Shown here in pieces: positions 41,958-55,251 of a DNA stretch of 64,000 nucleotides. The notes beneath the pieces are model-generated. The model searched no databases. It saw only the letters and a program-made list of their open reading frames with translations, and was not told the origin of the DNA. Within the stretch, counting starts at the first letter, position 1. Every line of letters begins with the position of its first letter. The stretch covers positions 27,280,001 through 27,344,000 of the forward strand of contig OZ024740.1 of the NCBI GenBank assembly GCA_964016885.1, in the 5' to 3' direction. This DNA is from Eledone cirrhosa (lineage: Eukaryota). Position numbers and translations under genes: made by a program.

Positions 41958-42259
41958 TCTCTCGTGTTAGTTTCACGCTCCTTTGTAAGAGAAAAGGAAA
42001 TTCTCACAGTATCGGTCGTTAGTCTTTTAGCAGGAAAGAGTCTTTTAGAAGATGGAAGAGGATGTAGAAAGTTTGAAGAAGACAAACAAAGGTTGACATT
42101 CCTAAACATCAGATGTACACACACGCAACGTGAACACATAAATCAGTAGCTAACATAAAATCCCCGGTGAGACGGGCATACACCTTTATGAAAAACCCCT
42201 CTAGTGATAGGAACATTATACTCTGTAAGAAAAGCCCACAGATAAACTTTAAACCTAGA

Positions 42260-43213
42260 AATGTAGTCTATGGGATATGATATATATAAGGTCGATACAG
42301 AAACAAGACAACTGCAAGCGTAGGAGAGCCAGCCCATAGTATAGGCGAGATAATAAAGGAACACTGGCAAGAACTTAAGGCGAAGAAATGCTCATCACTG
42401 TTCTATCAATATGGATTAGTGGTTAGAGCATTGGGCTTGCAATCGAAAGGTTGTGAGATCAATTCTCGTCCCGGGTGATGTGTTGTTTCCATGAGCAAGA
42501 CACTTAATTTCACGTTGCACCAGTTTACTCACCTGTAAAAATGAGATGATAGGACTGGGGTTCCTATCATATAGATATACCTTGGAGTAGGCCAGCTAAA
42601 CTTACATAGGTGTGAGCTGTCACATACACAATATGCCAAACTAGAAGACGAGGACTCAATAGATAACATAGAAATAAAACTTCTGTCCACGCATAGAACT
42701 AACGCAACACTCAGACAAATTACCGAAGCCACGCACATAATAGAAGATAGTCCCGCTGAGCAGAAAACACGAGTGGAATAGCAACAACATCACGAAAACT
42801 AATTAAAAACAAGATGAAGACACAAGAACCAAACTAATAAAACAAACCAGACACACATATAGAACAAGCAACTAACTAGTGACAAGTAAATAAACATATA
42901 AATAAATAAATGAAAACACACACAGCACACGACACACAAAATCAAGATAGTGTTGGTCAGAATAAAGGAGAGACATAAAACAAGTAATCAGTGCCTGAAG
43001 AGGCCACATATTGTGTGACGAAAGACCTTTGACGATATATAAACAAACATCCAGTTAATGAACCAACCAACGGGAAATTTGTAATAAACTGAGGTGAAAA
43101 CCACCAGGGGCGCGTGTTTTTATTTGGCAGCATCACCCTCCCAAAGGATAGCAATATCTGTTTCAACACAAGTTTTCAGATAAGAAATTTTGCAAAACAA
43201 ATTCAAAGACTAA

Positions 43214-43215
<2 letters not shown>
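42260..43215 (+). mobile_element. Older PLE of the 35141-36792 family (GIY-YIG relic plus tail) interrupted by a SINE B-like insertion at 42414-42628
   Basis: VVYGI...VGEPAHSIGEIIKEHWQEL...SSLFYQY, then AKLE..SIDNIEIKLLSTH..ATLRQITEA...EWNSN. CAATATG duplicated at 42407 and 42629; decayed hammerhead near 42990-43035. Confidence 0.85.
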
Positions 43216-43307
<92 letters not shown>

Positions 43308-43482
43308 GGTGTATTGCCAAATATACTATTTATACATTCATGTATACAGCGCTATTTCAGAGCACCAAACCTAATAATTTTTGCTGGACCGGCAATCGCT
43401 CTGTATAATCAGCTCCTGATTATTACTGGAATTCTATAGGAATCCAGCTTCTATAATTTTCGGTTAAAGTAGGGGGGTAGGT

Positions 43483-43524
43483 GGCTCTGATGAACGCCAA
43501 CCAGCGTGAAACAGACTATCAGCT
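43483..43524 (+). ncRNA. Minimal hammerhead motif
   Basis: GGCT-CTGATGA-ACGC-CAACCA-GCGT-GAAA-CAGACTATC-AGCT; one stem III mismatch. Confidence 0.6.
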
Positions 43525-43647
43525 CCTCTCCCTTCTTTCGCCGAAATGAAGTGACATAGTCACTACTTTAAAACTGATAGCGCATGGTCTTCTAAATGTT
43601 TTAAATTAAACATAAGGTATATTGCCAAATATACTATACATAAATTC

Positions 43648-43740
<93 letters not shown>

Positions 43741-43858
43741 TATATATATATGGTGTCAAGAATGTGTATATGATAGTTGTGAGAGAACAATCAGCGAAAT
43801 GAAATGTTATTATATGATTCTAGTATGAAAACTAACGCAATTATTTGATCAGTTTATC

Positions 43859-43928
<70 letters not shown>

Positions 43929-43983
43929 GGTGGTGGTGGTGGTGGTGGTAGTGTTGGTAGTAGTAGTTATAGTAGCAGTAGTG

Positions 43984-44050
<67 letters not shown>

Positions 44051-44573
44051 CAACAGCGGCAATAATGTAAGGACTTCAGTGATAGGAATTGTAAATTCCC
44101 TAATGAATCGCTTCGATGAACATTTTTAAATGGAATGTGCCGGACTGTTGACGTCAAGCCCGAAAATCTAGTTAAGGGCTCCATCATATGTTATGTAGGT
44201 TTACCATTTCTCTGTCTAATGTAGTCGAAGAATTGCTGGCTATCTGTGTTGGTAATTGAAAGATAATAAAGGAACTCATTTCTACCGTAATAATGTTGGT
44301 TTGTATCGCAGACTTGGTTTAGGTTGCTAAGATGATTTGTATTTGGTGCTAGTATTCGGGATTATAATATTGGTTGATAGTTTAAATAGATAGGAATCGG
44401 AGTGAAAGATGGTAGAGAAATAAAAAGAGAGATTTAGGGTAGCAAAGTAAAGAGTAATGAGGGTGGAAAGAGATTCTGAAAGGGAGCTGTGATTTAGGAA
44501 TTAGAAAATGGGGAATAATGCGATTGAGTCATGGGTAAAGTGATGCGACTGTGGTTGTAGATAGAGTAAGATT

Positions 44574-44611
<38 letters not shown>

Positions 44612-44614
<3 letters not shown>

Positions 44615-45080
44615 CGAAGGAAATGTGGTAAGGAACCAGATAGACCATAACGCACCAAAGTACTAAATACTTAGGGTTGTAGAGTGGGTAATAGGAACGA
44701 GTAGGACTCCGGCGGGTGAGCTCAAGCCGTTTCGACGGATAATTCTGGACTAAATGAAAATTGTTATCCTGGTAAATGAATAGCCGAGCTTTTCAGGGGG
44801 TAATATTCCATATATGGTAAAAGTGATTGTCACAAGGATTGGTCAAAAGTTTGTTGTTGAGACACGTAATTCTATCTTGGCATTTTGTGGAAGGAGGGGG
44901 TAGCTGAACTTACCAGTTGAAGAAAGAGGGAGAGGGAGTGGAGGAGAGCCAGTCGTGCGTTGAAAGTGGCGACTACAGCAGAATCCTAAGGATAAGAGGT
45001 CAAGAGGGGGGGGGGGGTAAGTCGAAACAATAAGTAGATCTATATGGGGTAAATCTATATAGAAAAATAAGAATGTTAAA
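44612..45080 (-). mobile_element. Diverged PLE 3'UTR plus pseudo-LTR (37415-39379 family)
   Basis: Colinear with 37415-37708 and with the reverse complement of about 39000-39163. Confidence 0.85.
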
Positions 45081-45224
45081 AATATAAAAAAACACAGTTT
45101 CTGGTTACTATTCCCCTACCACAATCATCAAATCTCTCACTGGTACTGCTAAACTATAGAAAAATGTGTCGAGCCCGTCTGTCTTCGTGAAACCTTTTGT
45201 AAATGGAATAATTGTCTATATGTA

Positions 45225-45264
<40 letters not shown>

Positions 45265-45320
45265 GTAAAATAAAATAAAAACAAGGACGATTGGTTACTC
45301 CTTCATTATGTTTATTGGTT

Positions 45321-45405
45321 GGTAACGCACGTTTCACCACTGATCAGCTCAAGGTTCGATCTGTATCGATCTAGCCCGACTCTGTAAACGGCGGCTCGTC
45401 AGACT
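45321..45405 (-). ncRNA. Hammerhead motif with about 55-nt structured stem-II insert
   Basis: Minus strand: AGT-CTGACGA-GCCGC...GTGGT-GAAA-C-GTGC-GTT-ACC; short, imperfect stem I. Confidence 0.55.
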
Positions 45406-45463
45406 CCTTACAACGGTAATGGAAAAATGATTATAAATGACCATTTTTCCATTCGAAATAAAT

Positions 45464-45534
45464 TTCATTCTGATGAACGTTTTTAGCCGTCTGTGTCGAG
45501 CCCGTCTGTCTTTGTGAAACCTTTTGTAAATGGA
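45464..45534 (+). ncRNA. Hammerhead motif; 3' half directly repeated at about 45165-45216
   Basis: TTCATT-CTGATGA-ACG...(C/T)GT-GAAA-C-CTTTT-GTA-AATGGA. Confidence 0.6.
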
Positions 45535-45564
45535 ATAATTGTCTTATGTTGTTTATTACATAAC

Positions 45565-45653
<89 letters not shown>

Positions 45654-45729
45654 ATAAATTAACGGGGCCATAGAACCTCGTATTCCCTGTAAATTATGTG
45701 CTCAAGGGAAAAGGAATTCTGAGCCCTTT

Positions 45730-45993
45730 AAATACAATATCTTGAAAGGGTAACACATTAGAGAGAGAGAGTGTGTGTGTGCGCGCCATCAATAACATAG
45801 GGGAGCCACCAGTGTATGGAATCTATAACCTATGGAAGGCGGTGTAGAAACACAATAATTAAAAATATAAATTAAAATGCATATGCGCACCTTCTATAGG
45901 TTATAGATTCAAAACACTGGTGGGTCCCTTGTTTTATTGATGGCGCACACACACTCTCTCTCTCGTGTTTTACCCTTTCAACATATTGTATTT
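45730..45993. repeat. Diverged inverted repeat in a (TA)n-flanked insertion
   Basis: About 45730-45844 is the reverse complement of 45888-45993. Confidence 0.8.
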
Positions 45994-46246
45994 TATATAT
46001 ATATATATATATATATATCATGCTTAATAAAGATTTGGCTTCTACGGTAATAAAACTGTTTCAAAAAGGCTTCCCGGATGATTTTTTTGAATGAAATAGT
46101 TCTACTCCTGTTGATGATGTTTACACTCGACTAATGTATAGAGTATCTTACTGACGTTGGTTACCCCTGATAGAACTAGGGACTCACGCACACATACGCA
46201 CGCACACACACACACACAAACACACACACACATACACACACACACA

Positions 46247-46360
<114 letters not shown>

Positions 46361-46588
46361 AGTATTAGAAAGGTCGTTGCTTCGCCACCCTGCGGATTTG
46401 GGTTCCGTCCCTCTGCTAGTGCCTGGGACTTATGTCTTCTACCATATCCATAGATTGAACAATGCCTTGCGAGAGAAACTTGGTGGACGGTAAGGTCGCC
46501 ATATATGCATGTGTGTGTGTGTGCGTGTGTTTGTGTATTTATGCAAGTGTCAATTTTTATGTTTGTGCTTGTGTTTCTCTCTCCCCCC

Positions 46589-46623
<35 letters not shown>

Positions 46624-46633
46624 TATCTCTCTC

Positions 46634-46681
<48 letters not shown>

Positions 46682-46714
46682 ATATATATATGGGTGTCTC
46701 TATGTATATATGTA

Positions 46715-47450
46715 TAAGGTATAAGGATTGCTTGACAGCCTCTCTGAAAGACGCTAACATCTCTGCTGATACATGGGAGAATATTGCTGCTGATCGTAAT
46801 AAATGGAGAAAGACTGTATATGAGGGAAAAGTTGCCTTTGAGGCATCTCGAATCGCATACGAGAAAGTAAAGCGGGATGTGAGGAAGGGCATTGCTGTTG
46901 CACTTCCAGACGACGAGGGTCCTCCTATGGTGCTGACATACAGCGTCTGTGCGAGACTCTGCCTAAGCAAAGCTGGACTCGAAAGTCATCTTCGCAGTCA
47001 TAAAGTAAGACCAGTGGTTGACTACCAGGCTGCTGTTGGAGATGCTACTCATCACGCTTGCCTACATGTGGTAGAGAATGTAAATCAGCAGGAGGGCTCA
47101 AACGACATGCAAAAGTACACGAACTCCAACCACAGCCGGCTATTCCCAGTGAATGTTTTGGTTGCCGACTCTGAGCAAGACATTTTAGATCATTGGCTGG
47201 GCTAAAAAGCCACATTCGATCGCAGCGCTGTTAGTTGCTATCGTGTGTGTGTATAGATATGTTTATGTGCTTGCGTGTGTGTATATATATATATATATAT
47301 ATGTATATCATTATTGTTGTTGTTGTCGTTATTATTATTGCTGTTATTATTATTATTATTGTTATTAATATATATGTATATATGTATGTATATATATTTT
47401 TTTTTTTCTCGTGCAATGGCCATACTCGATAACGAGGGGGCAGCCATCAT
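46715..47450 (+). mobile_element. RTE-clade LINE 3' end with three decayed C2H2 fingers; 3'UTR expanded by microsatellites
   Basis: RYKDCLTASLKDANISADTWENIAADRNKWR is an RTE C-terminal signature. Fingers follow up to a stop near 47233; probable terminus ATGGCCATACTCGATAACGAGGGGGCAGCCATCAT at about 47415-47450. Confidence 0.85.
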
Positions 47451-48625
47451 ATATATATATGTGTGTGTGTGTGTGTGTTCATGATTGTACTTGTGTCTCT
47501 GTTTATGTCCCATTCGTTAACGATTCGATGTTAAGGGATTGATAGTAACTTCCAGACTTTTAACAATAAGTACTATGAAACAATATAATCGACTAAATCA
47601 GGTCGGTGCTCCAGCATGGCCTGTCGTTTAATGATTGAAACCAGTAAAAGAATAAACGAATAAATATATGTAGAGAATGTTGGGCTTAAGGAAATAGAGA
47701 TCGAGTATAATTTTGAAGAATGTAATGTAATAGCATGATTGTAAATAGAAAACAGAGAGATGGGAAAATACCGATTAGATAAGGGGTGGAGGGGGTTGAG
47801 AGAGGTGGAGAGAGGCGGAGGGAGGTTGAGAGAGAAAAAAAATGGTGGTCAGATAGACAGTACGACAGAGACTGTGAATGAATGTGAATGTGTGTACATG
47901 CGTGCGTGTTCGTCTGTAATTGAAGGGAATTTAGTTCTTATCTATTGGGTAATTGGTGATGAAATAATGTCTTGATTTTCGTAAATGGTTTATTCATATC
48001 AATTACCAAATAGGAATTGTCAATTTGGTGTCCTAAACGAGGGCATTCAGTGTGTAATTCCTCTTAATTATATTCTCTCTGACTATTTTGGAGGTAAGAG
48101 ATGCAGGCATTAACCGGGGGTAGGTACTAGGTAAGCTTTCAAATCTGCATCTGAAGAGACAACTTATGGTGGGACTGCAGTTTCTGTAGATTTGACTGAG
48201 GGCCATGTAATATTGATTGGTGCGTGTTTAAGGATAGGTCCCCACCTGGATAAAAATAAAGAAGCCGTGTGTAGACAGATCAACTTAAACAAGTAATTCA
48301 CTAAGACGAACCTTTTCGGAATGCCACAGCTGATGGTGTGCAAGTACAATCTACGGGTGATGAATCTATAAACTTTTTAAACGATAACGACGATGAACAG
48401 GTGTTGTTGACTTTCGTGAAACACGCATTTCCTTAGTTTCTAGTTTTGACTAAGCAGCAGTGTTGGGCCAAGCGGAGAAAAAGTCAAAATTAGCACAGCC
48501 TCCATCAAATAGCCGAAATTGTACTCACTCTAAACTACTTTTATTCTGCGAAAGAAGTTTATCTTAATGACCGAAAGAATAAGATCGTGAATATGTCTTT
48601 GAAGTAACGGCCAAACTGGGTCTTT

Positions 48626-48957
48626 GGAGTTACCTTACTTGGTAGAGTGCGTAGCTCGGAGATCAGGGAGTCACTCCAGGTAGAGCCGCTACTTCGCCGA
48701 ATTGATAGATCACAGCTCCGATACTATTGACAAGTGGTTAGAATATCTCAGGAATTAACCCGCCGGGCAAAACCTACCTGTCGACGGCCTAGGGGTAGAC
48801 CCCGAACAAGACGGTTAGTCACGCTTGGGAATCCAGCCCTGTCAGTTGGAGACGGTTGCTTCTGACAAGAGCGGCTAGAAGAAGAAGAAGAAGAAGAAGA
48901 AGAAGAAGAAGAAGAAGAAGAAGAAGAAGAAGAAGAAGAACAAGAACAAGAACAAGC
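48626..48957 (+). mobile_element. RTE-clade (Expander-like) LINE 3' fragment with (GAA)n tail
   Basis: GVTLLGRVRSSEIRESLQVEPLLRRIDRSQLRYY*QVVR...RRPRGRPRTR...VASD, then (GAA)n. Confidence 0.85.
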
Positions 48958-49224
48958 CAAACGTATAGCTATGAGAAAGGGAATGTACTCTACACCAAAC
49001 TTTACGTCGTCTACTTTAAGGCTGGAGCCTCTGTCACTGGCCCCACCTAGAAATTATGCGGTTACTACTCCACGATGTTATTGAAGCTATCTCATTCTCC
49101 AGATCACATTCAATACTTTCCCGCTCCAGCGTCATTGATTTCCTTTCAGCGTTAAACTAGTGTTCTCAGCCTGTTACTGTAGTCGCCTTCATTTCGTTTT
49201 TATCACTTTCCTCGGTCTACACCT

Positions 49225-49260
<36 letters not shown>

Positions 49261-49278
49261 AGTCCCTCTCTTTCTCAC

Positions 49279-49322
<44 letters not shown>

Positions 49323-49332
49323 ACTCACTTTC

Positions 49333-49376
<44 letters not shown>

Positions 49377-49455
49377 TCTCTCTCACTTTTCTCTCACTCT
49401 CTCTCTCTCTCTCTCTGGTGAGATAAATATTGGTGAATCTATGCGTGCGTATGTA

Positions 49456-49530
<75 letters not shown>

Positions 49531-50111
49531 ACATTTGTGTGAATATGTGCATGTATGTATATGTATTAAAATTCCGCACCTGTACTCAGTGACCGAGTGC
49601 ACAGAACACGATGCTGATGAAATAAACGCAGTGAAGTGAATTCAGTTTCCCAGTTTTTGCTGTACGTGTGCATTCGGCTGCGTACGTATACATGTATACA
49701 TGTCGGCACCCCTGGGGCAATGTGTTGAGTTTTAAACTCTTATTTACATGAATGCATTGATGTAATGTTATAGCATTACATGTATAACAAGTCACGTGTT
49801 TAATCCATTTACTGGCATCTTTTAACAACTACAAACACTACAACTACAACTACAACAGGGACATCTAGAACTACAATAACAACTACAACGACAACAACTA
49901 CAACAACAACTCCACGACAACAACAACAACAACAACAACAGCAACAGGAACGTCTACAACTACAACAATAGCAACAACAACAACAACAACAACAACCGGA
50001 ACATCTACAACTACAACAACTACAACAACAACTACAACAACAACAACTACAACTACAACAACATCAACTACAACAGGAACATCTACAACAACAACAGTAA
50101 CAAAAATATAA

Positions 50112-50252
50112 TAGTTTCTTATTAAGGTACAAGGCCAGCAATTTGAGGAGAGGGGTACATCGATTATATGGCCCCCAGTGCATGACTGGTACATTATTTT
50201 ATCCATCCCGTAAGTATGAAAGGCAAAACTAACGTTAGCGCGATTTGAACTC
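50112..50252 (-). mobile_element. SINE family A variant inside a (CAA/CTA)n tract (49825-50290)
   Basis: GGTACAAGGCCAGCAATT...GACTGGTAC...ATGAAAGGCAAA...GATTTGAACTC. Confidence 0.8.
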
Positions 50253-50289
50253 ATAAAACAATATCAACATTAAAACCACAACTACAACA

Positions 50290-51202
50290 CTGGTGTCCTC
50301 GGCCGGCCCTAGGGCTACCTCCCTACTCCCCACCATAGGCGCTGAGCTGGCTACCCATAGCAGAGGAGACTTCTGGTGTCCTCGGCCCTGGCGCTACCTC
50401 CCTACTCACCACCATAGCCGCTGAGCTGGCTACCCATAGCAGTGGAGACTTCTGGTATCCTCGGCCCTGAGGCTTCCTCCCTACACAACAATAGCGCTAG
50501 AATGGCCAGCCGCAGGTGTGAGCCCCGCGAGTTGGAGTGGCTTTAACAGCGCGTCTCCCTTGCCGTCCTCCGGGGAAACGCCTTCTCCATTCTGTCCGCC
50601 GGGGCTGTGGGGAGACAAGCCGATTGTATTACGAATTCTGTTGAATAGTCTTAAACACGTTTACCAAAAGATCAGCTGTCATCAAATTGGCGACTAAAAA
50701 TGATTCTTTTCCATTCAAATATGTTCTGTATACAGCCATAAGTGTCATGGCGAAGCCAACATAACTAATAGATCTTTCGAAATATATTTCTTTAAAAAAT
50801 CTTCTCATGATACTTATTTGAAAATCTCAGAATATAATAGAAAAGAAACGATCGACTTTCGTCAAATCGGACCGAAGAAACAACGTTTCCGTCGGTCATT
50901 CCAGTTGCTAATACTATCTATCGGTCGCAACTCCAGGTAGAAAAAGCAACGTAAAATAAAGTGTCATGCTCAAGGACATAACGCATCGCCTGATACAGGA
51001 ATCGAACTCACAACCTCACAATTGCAAATCCAATTTTCTAACCACTCAGCCACACGCCTTCACAGAATATAATAAAGCAATATTAAATAAGAATAAAGAC
51101 GGAGAGAGAGAAATTAAAATACCCTTTTGACTTGTCTCCCCCACAGCCCCGGCGGACAGAATGGAGAAGGCGTTTCCCCGGAGGACGCTGGAAAAGCCAC
51201 TC
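50290..51202. repeat. GC-rich ~80-bp tandem (2.6 copies) plus inverted repeat 50536-50618/51131-51202 enclosing a SINE B (50847-51062, -)
   Basis: Units start at 50290, 50373 and 50452. CGTCCTCCGGGGAAACGCCTTCTCCATTCTGTCCGCCGGGGCTGTGGGGAGACAAG is matched in reverse. Confidence 0.85.
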
Positions 51203-51234
51203 TATTTGAAATATATTTCATCCTATATTAATGG

Positions 51235-51265
<31 letters not shown>

Positions 51266-51770
51266 GCTGGTGATGGTGGTGATGGTGGCGGTGGCGGTGC
51301 TGGTGGTGGTGGTGGTGGTGTTGGTGATGGTGGTGGTGGTGCTCTGGTGGTGGTGCTGGTGGTGGTGCTGGTGGTGGTGGTGGTGGTGGTGGTGCTAGTG
51401 GTGGTGGTGGTGGTCGTGGTGCTGGGGGTGGTGCTGGTGGTACTGGTGGTGCTGGTGCTACCTCAACATTTAATTTTATATCTTTAATTTCTAATTCTTT
51501 TTAATTCGTTTTAATTGTAATACTCAACATTTGATAAGATTCATTCCACTGATACCTTGCAACCGGTTATATTTCATACACATTATAAAACACTTTATTA
51601 AAACAATTGTCCCTCTCATTTTTTTCAATAATGTTATTTTGACAAATCAAAGAAGAAAAAAAGAAAATAAGATTCTTAAATATATTTTCCGTGCTATTTC
51701 CAATTCCACTTTTTCTCTATAATACCTGTTTTGTATAGAAACTTACTTCCTTTTCATATATACACACACT

Positions 51771-51808
<38 letters not shown>

Positions 51809-52007
51809 ATAATAAGAATTGACGGACCCAGCATATTTATCAATGCCAGTACCGGTTGTATCTCAGCGCACTCTATGGGCAATGTAAGATACATTACCAG
51901 AGTATACACATAGTTATTTGCCTCAACACAACATACGTAAAACGGGTGCCTATAAGGTACCCGGACTCGAGTTTCTGCCGCACTAATGCAGCAGTAAGAT
52001 ATATATA

Positions 52008-52219
52008 TCGATCGATTTCGTCAAATCGGACTGAGGAAACATTGTTTCCGTTGGTCTTTCCAGTTGCTAGTACTATCTATCGGTCGCAATTCCAGGTAGA
52101 AGGAACAGCGTGAAATAAACTGTCCTGCTCAAGGACATAACGCATCGCCTGTTACAGGAATCGAACTCACAACCGCAAGATTGTGAATCCAATTCTCTAA
52201 CCATTCAGCCACACGCCTT
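52008..52219 (-). mobile_element. SINE family B, full length
   Basis: Reverse complement of 13281-13497. Confidence 0.9.
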
Positions 52220-52657
52220 GCTATATCTATAGGAAAGCCGAGATGAGATAGATATATATACACACTCATAAATATACACCTATTACATATATATATATAT
52301 TCATGTGTGTGTGTATATATGTGTGTGTGTATGTTTATATATATATATATACACATACATACATACATATATATACACATACATACATACATATATATAC
52401 ACATACATACATACATATATATACACATACATACATACATATATATACACATACATACATACATACACATATACATACATACATACATACATACATACAT
52501 ACATACATACATACATACATACATACATACTTACATACATACATATATATATATATATAGGAACGAGTAGGACCCCGAGGGCTGAGCTCAAGCCGTTTCG
52601 ACATATATATTAATGAAAAAGAACAAAGGAACTATTATGACATTATAACAAGTTTAT

Positions 52658-52704
52658 TGCCGACAGCCCTTTCGTCCGACCATATGGTGGGACTTTTCAA
52701 GGCA
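52658..52704 (-). ncRNA. Hammerhead motif, U3-A8 core
   Basis: Minus strand: TGCC-TTGAAAA-GTCC-CACCATATGGTC-GGAC-GAAA-GGGCT-GTC-GGCA; the first stem III pair is mismatched. Confidence 0.65.
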
Positions 52705-53037
52705 TATAACATGTGATTGTAAGTTCATTATTTACATCAACGTTTCACTCAAGATTAGCAGTTTGAAATTGTGGTATACATCAGCAGTTCCGCTTGTATA
52801 TTTGGGGTCTATATTCTAAGGGGGCTCTTTTATATTAGTTGTCGGAGTTGTAAAAGGAATGGGTTATGGGGAGTTAAGAGAATTTGAAAAGGGCCTAAGA
52901 GTCAGGGATTGAAGGTTAAAAATTAGATAATTTATAATTTACGCATTAAAAGTAAAGGACTTTGGACATTGTAGAAGCACCTTAAAAAATCCCTCAATAA
53001 GTGCATAAAGCTTATAAGCGCCAATAAACCTAACATA

Positions 53038-53071
<34 letters not shown>

Positions 53072-53103
53072 CGTATATATATATATACATATATATATAT
53101 ATG

Positions 53104-53189
<86 letters not shown>

Positions 53190-53216
53190 CATATATACAT
53201 ATATATAAATATATAC

Positions 53217-53253
<37 letters not shown>

Positions 53254-53396
53254 TATTCAGGTTTGAGGTTCACCACTGTATAGAGCTGGTCTATTCCGTA
53301 TGGTCAATCGTAATGCAATAATATAGAGAGTACTCAACGTAAAGCAGTTCAACCGTCTTTGTTTTTGTAGTTGGTGGTGCTATTACGGAGTTAAAT

Positions 53397-54995
53397 ATTA
53401 TAATGAAATGACAGGAGGCTGGATTTGTGTAAATCCTTGAAAGGTTTATTATACTATGATCATTTCAATGACCGGGTTCCGTATGAATCCGGTGATATCA
53501 TCAGGTATTCGAAATATAATACGTGAATGTAATAGGTAAAATCCATGGGGCTGAAAATCGAGGACTCGAGGGCGACCGCTATTCTGTTCCTTCAACCTCA
53601 GCCGGTCGCCCTGGAGTGACGTGGCTAAATTTTATAGTATGCTACTACCGGTCAGATGAACGAAAACAGAAAGAGATGGGAGCATAGGTTAACGTCGATC
53701 CCATGACACAAGGTAAAAGAAAGAAAGAAAGGAAGGAGAAGAAGGGGGAAGAAAGAAGAAGAGAAGTCAGGGTTAATGTCAGCTAAATGAGGAAGGTAAC
53801 TACTACTGGTCAGATATAGGCAAGCAAGAGGGGGAAGGAAGATAAGTCTGCAGGGAGGGGGAGAGGAGAGAAGGAAGGGAAGAGAAAAGTAGAAAAGTAA
53901 GGGTTGATGGCTACAAGAAGGAAGATAGAAAGGAAGAGGAAGAAAGGTCGATATTAATGTCAGACCACAGTTAAGCCAGGAGTGGCGCGAGAAAATTTTC
54001 ACAGGGACCCGCACCCCAGCGGAGACGGATACATTGGGAGTCAGTGCCCCACAGCGTCCAGACCTCCAGGATGAAGTTAAACAAATCCAACAATCAACAC
54101 TCAACATCAAAGAGGTTAGAAAACCCAAAGTTCAACAGTCCAACAATCAACCACACAACAGTTCCGATCTGTTCTGCAACCCAAAGGCACCATTTGGCGG
54201 TCAAAACAACGGCCGGGCCCCATGGCGAACCAAGCCACGCCGAGCACCTTCATCCACTGAAAGAAGGGGAAATCCACCCCTCCAAGCACTCAAGGTGAGC
54301 TCGCCCGCCACGGAGCCGGTCGCGCCGCCATCAAAACCCACCCAACAGTCCGACAGAAGGTTGGAACCCCAAAACCTAGCCTAGAGAAGCAAAAGAGTAA
54401 CGGTTGATAGCCACAAGAAGGAAGACAGAAAGAGAGAGGAAGGAAGGTCGACACCAATGTCACACCACAGTCGGGCCAGGAGCGGCGCGACAAGACCCTC
54501 ACAGGGACTCGCATCCCAGCAGAGGTGAATATACTGGGGGTCAGCGCGCCACAATGTCTAGACCCACAGGATGAAGCCAAAAAATCAATAAATCAACAAT
54601 CAATACTCCACATTAAAGAGGCTAGAAAACCTAAAGCTCAACAGCTTCAGGCTGACACACATAATAGTTCCGACCCGCTCTGCAATTCAAAGGTACCATT
54701 TGGCGGTCAAAACACCGGCCGCGCCCCAGGCCCCATGGCCAACCAAGCCACGCCGAGCACTTTCATTTACCGAAAGAAGGGGAAATCTATCCCTCCAAGC
54801 ACTCCAGGCGAGCCCGCTCGCCACGGAGCCGGTCTCGATTTTCAGCCCCATGGATTTTACCTATTACATTCACGTATTATATTTCGAATACCTGATGATA
54901 TCACCGGATTCATACGGAACCCGGTCATTGAAATGATCATAGTATAATAAACCTTTCAAGGATTTACACAAATCCAGCCTCCTGTCATTTCATTA

Positions 54996-54999
<4 letters not shown>
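53397..54999 (-). mobile_element. PLE-derived element: 166-bp inverted arms around an internally duplicated, decayed body
   Basis: 53397-53562 is the reverse complement of 54834-54999; interior about 53890-54320 repeats at 54380-54833. Confidence 0.85.
54888..54945 (+). ncRNA. Type-I hammerhead, palindromic TGATCA stem III (mirror at 53451-53508, -)
   Basis: ATAC-CTGATGA-TATCACCGG...CCGGTCATT-GAAA-TGATCA-TA-GTAT. Confidence 0.7.
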
Positions 55000-55057
<58 letters not shown>

Positions 55058-55061
<4 letters not shown>

Positions 55062-55165
55062 AACGAGTAGGACCTACTCGTTCCTATTACCCACTCTACT
55101 ACCCTAAGTATTGAGTACTTCGGTGCGTTATGGTCCATCTGGTTCCTTACCACTTTTCCTTCGTT
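55058..55165. mobile_element. PLE tail (37415-39379 family) with short fold-back
   Basis: AGGAACGAGTAGG-A-CCTACTCGTTCCT-ATTACCC...TTCCTTCGTT-(AT)n. Confidence 0.85.
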
Positions 55166-55178
55166 ATATATATATAAT

Positions 55179-55251
<73 letters not shown>

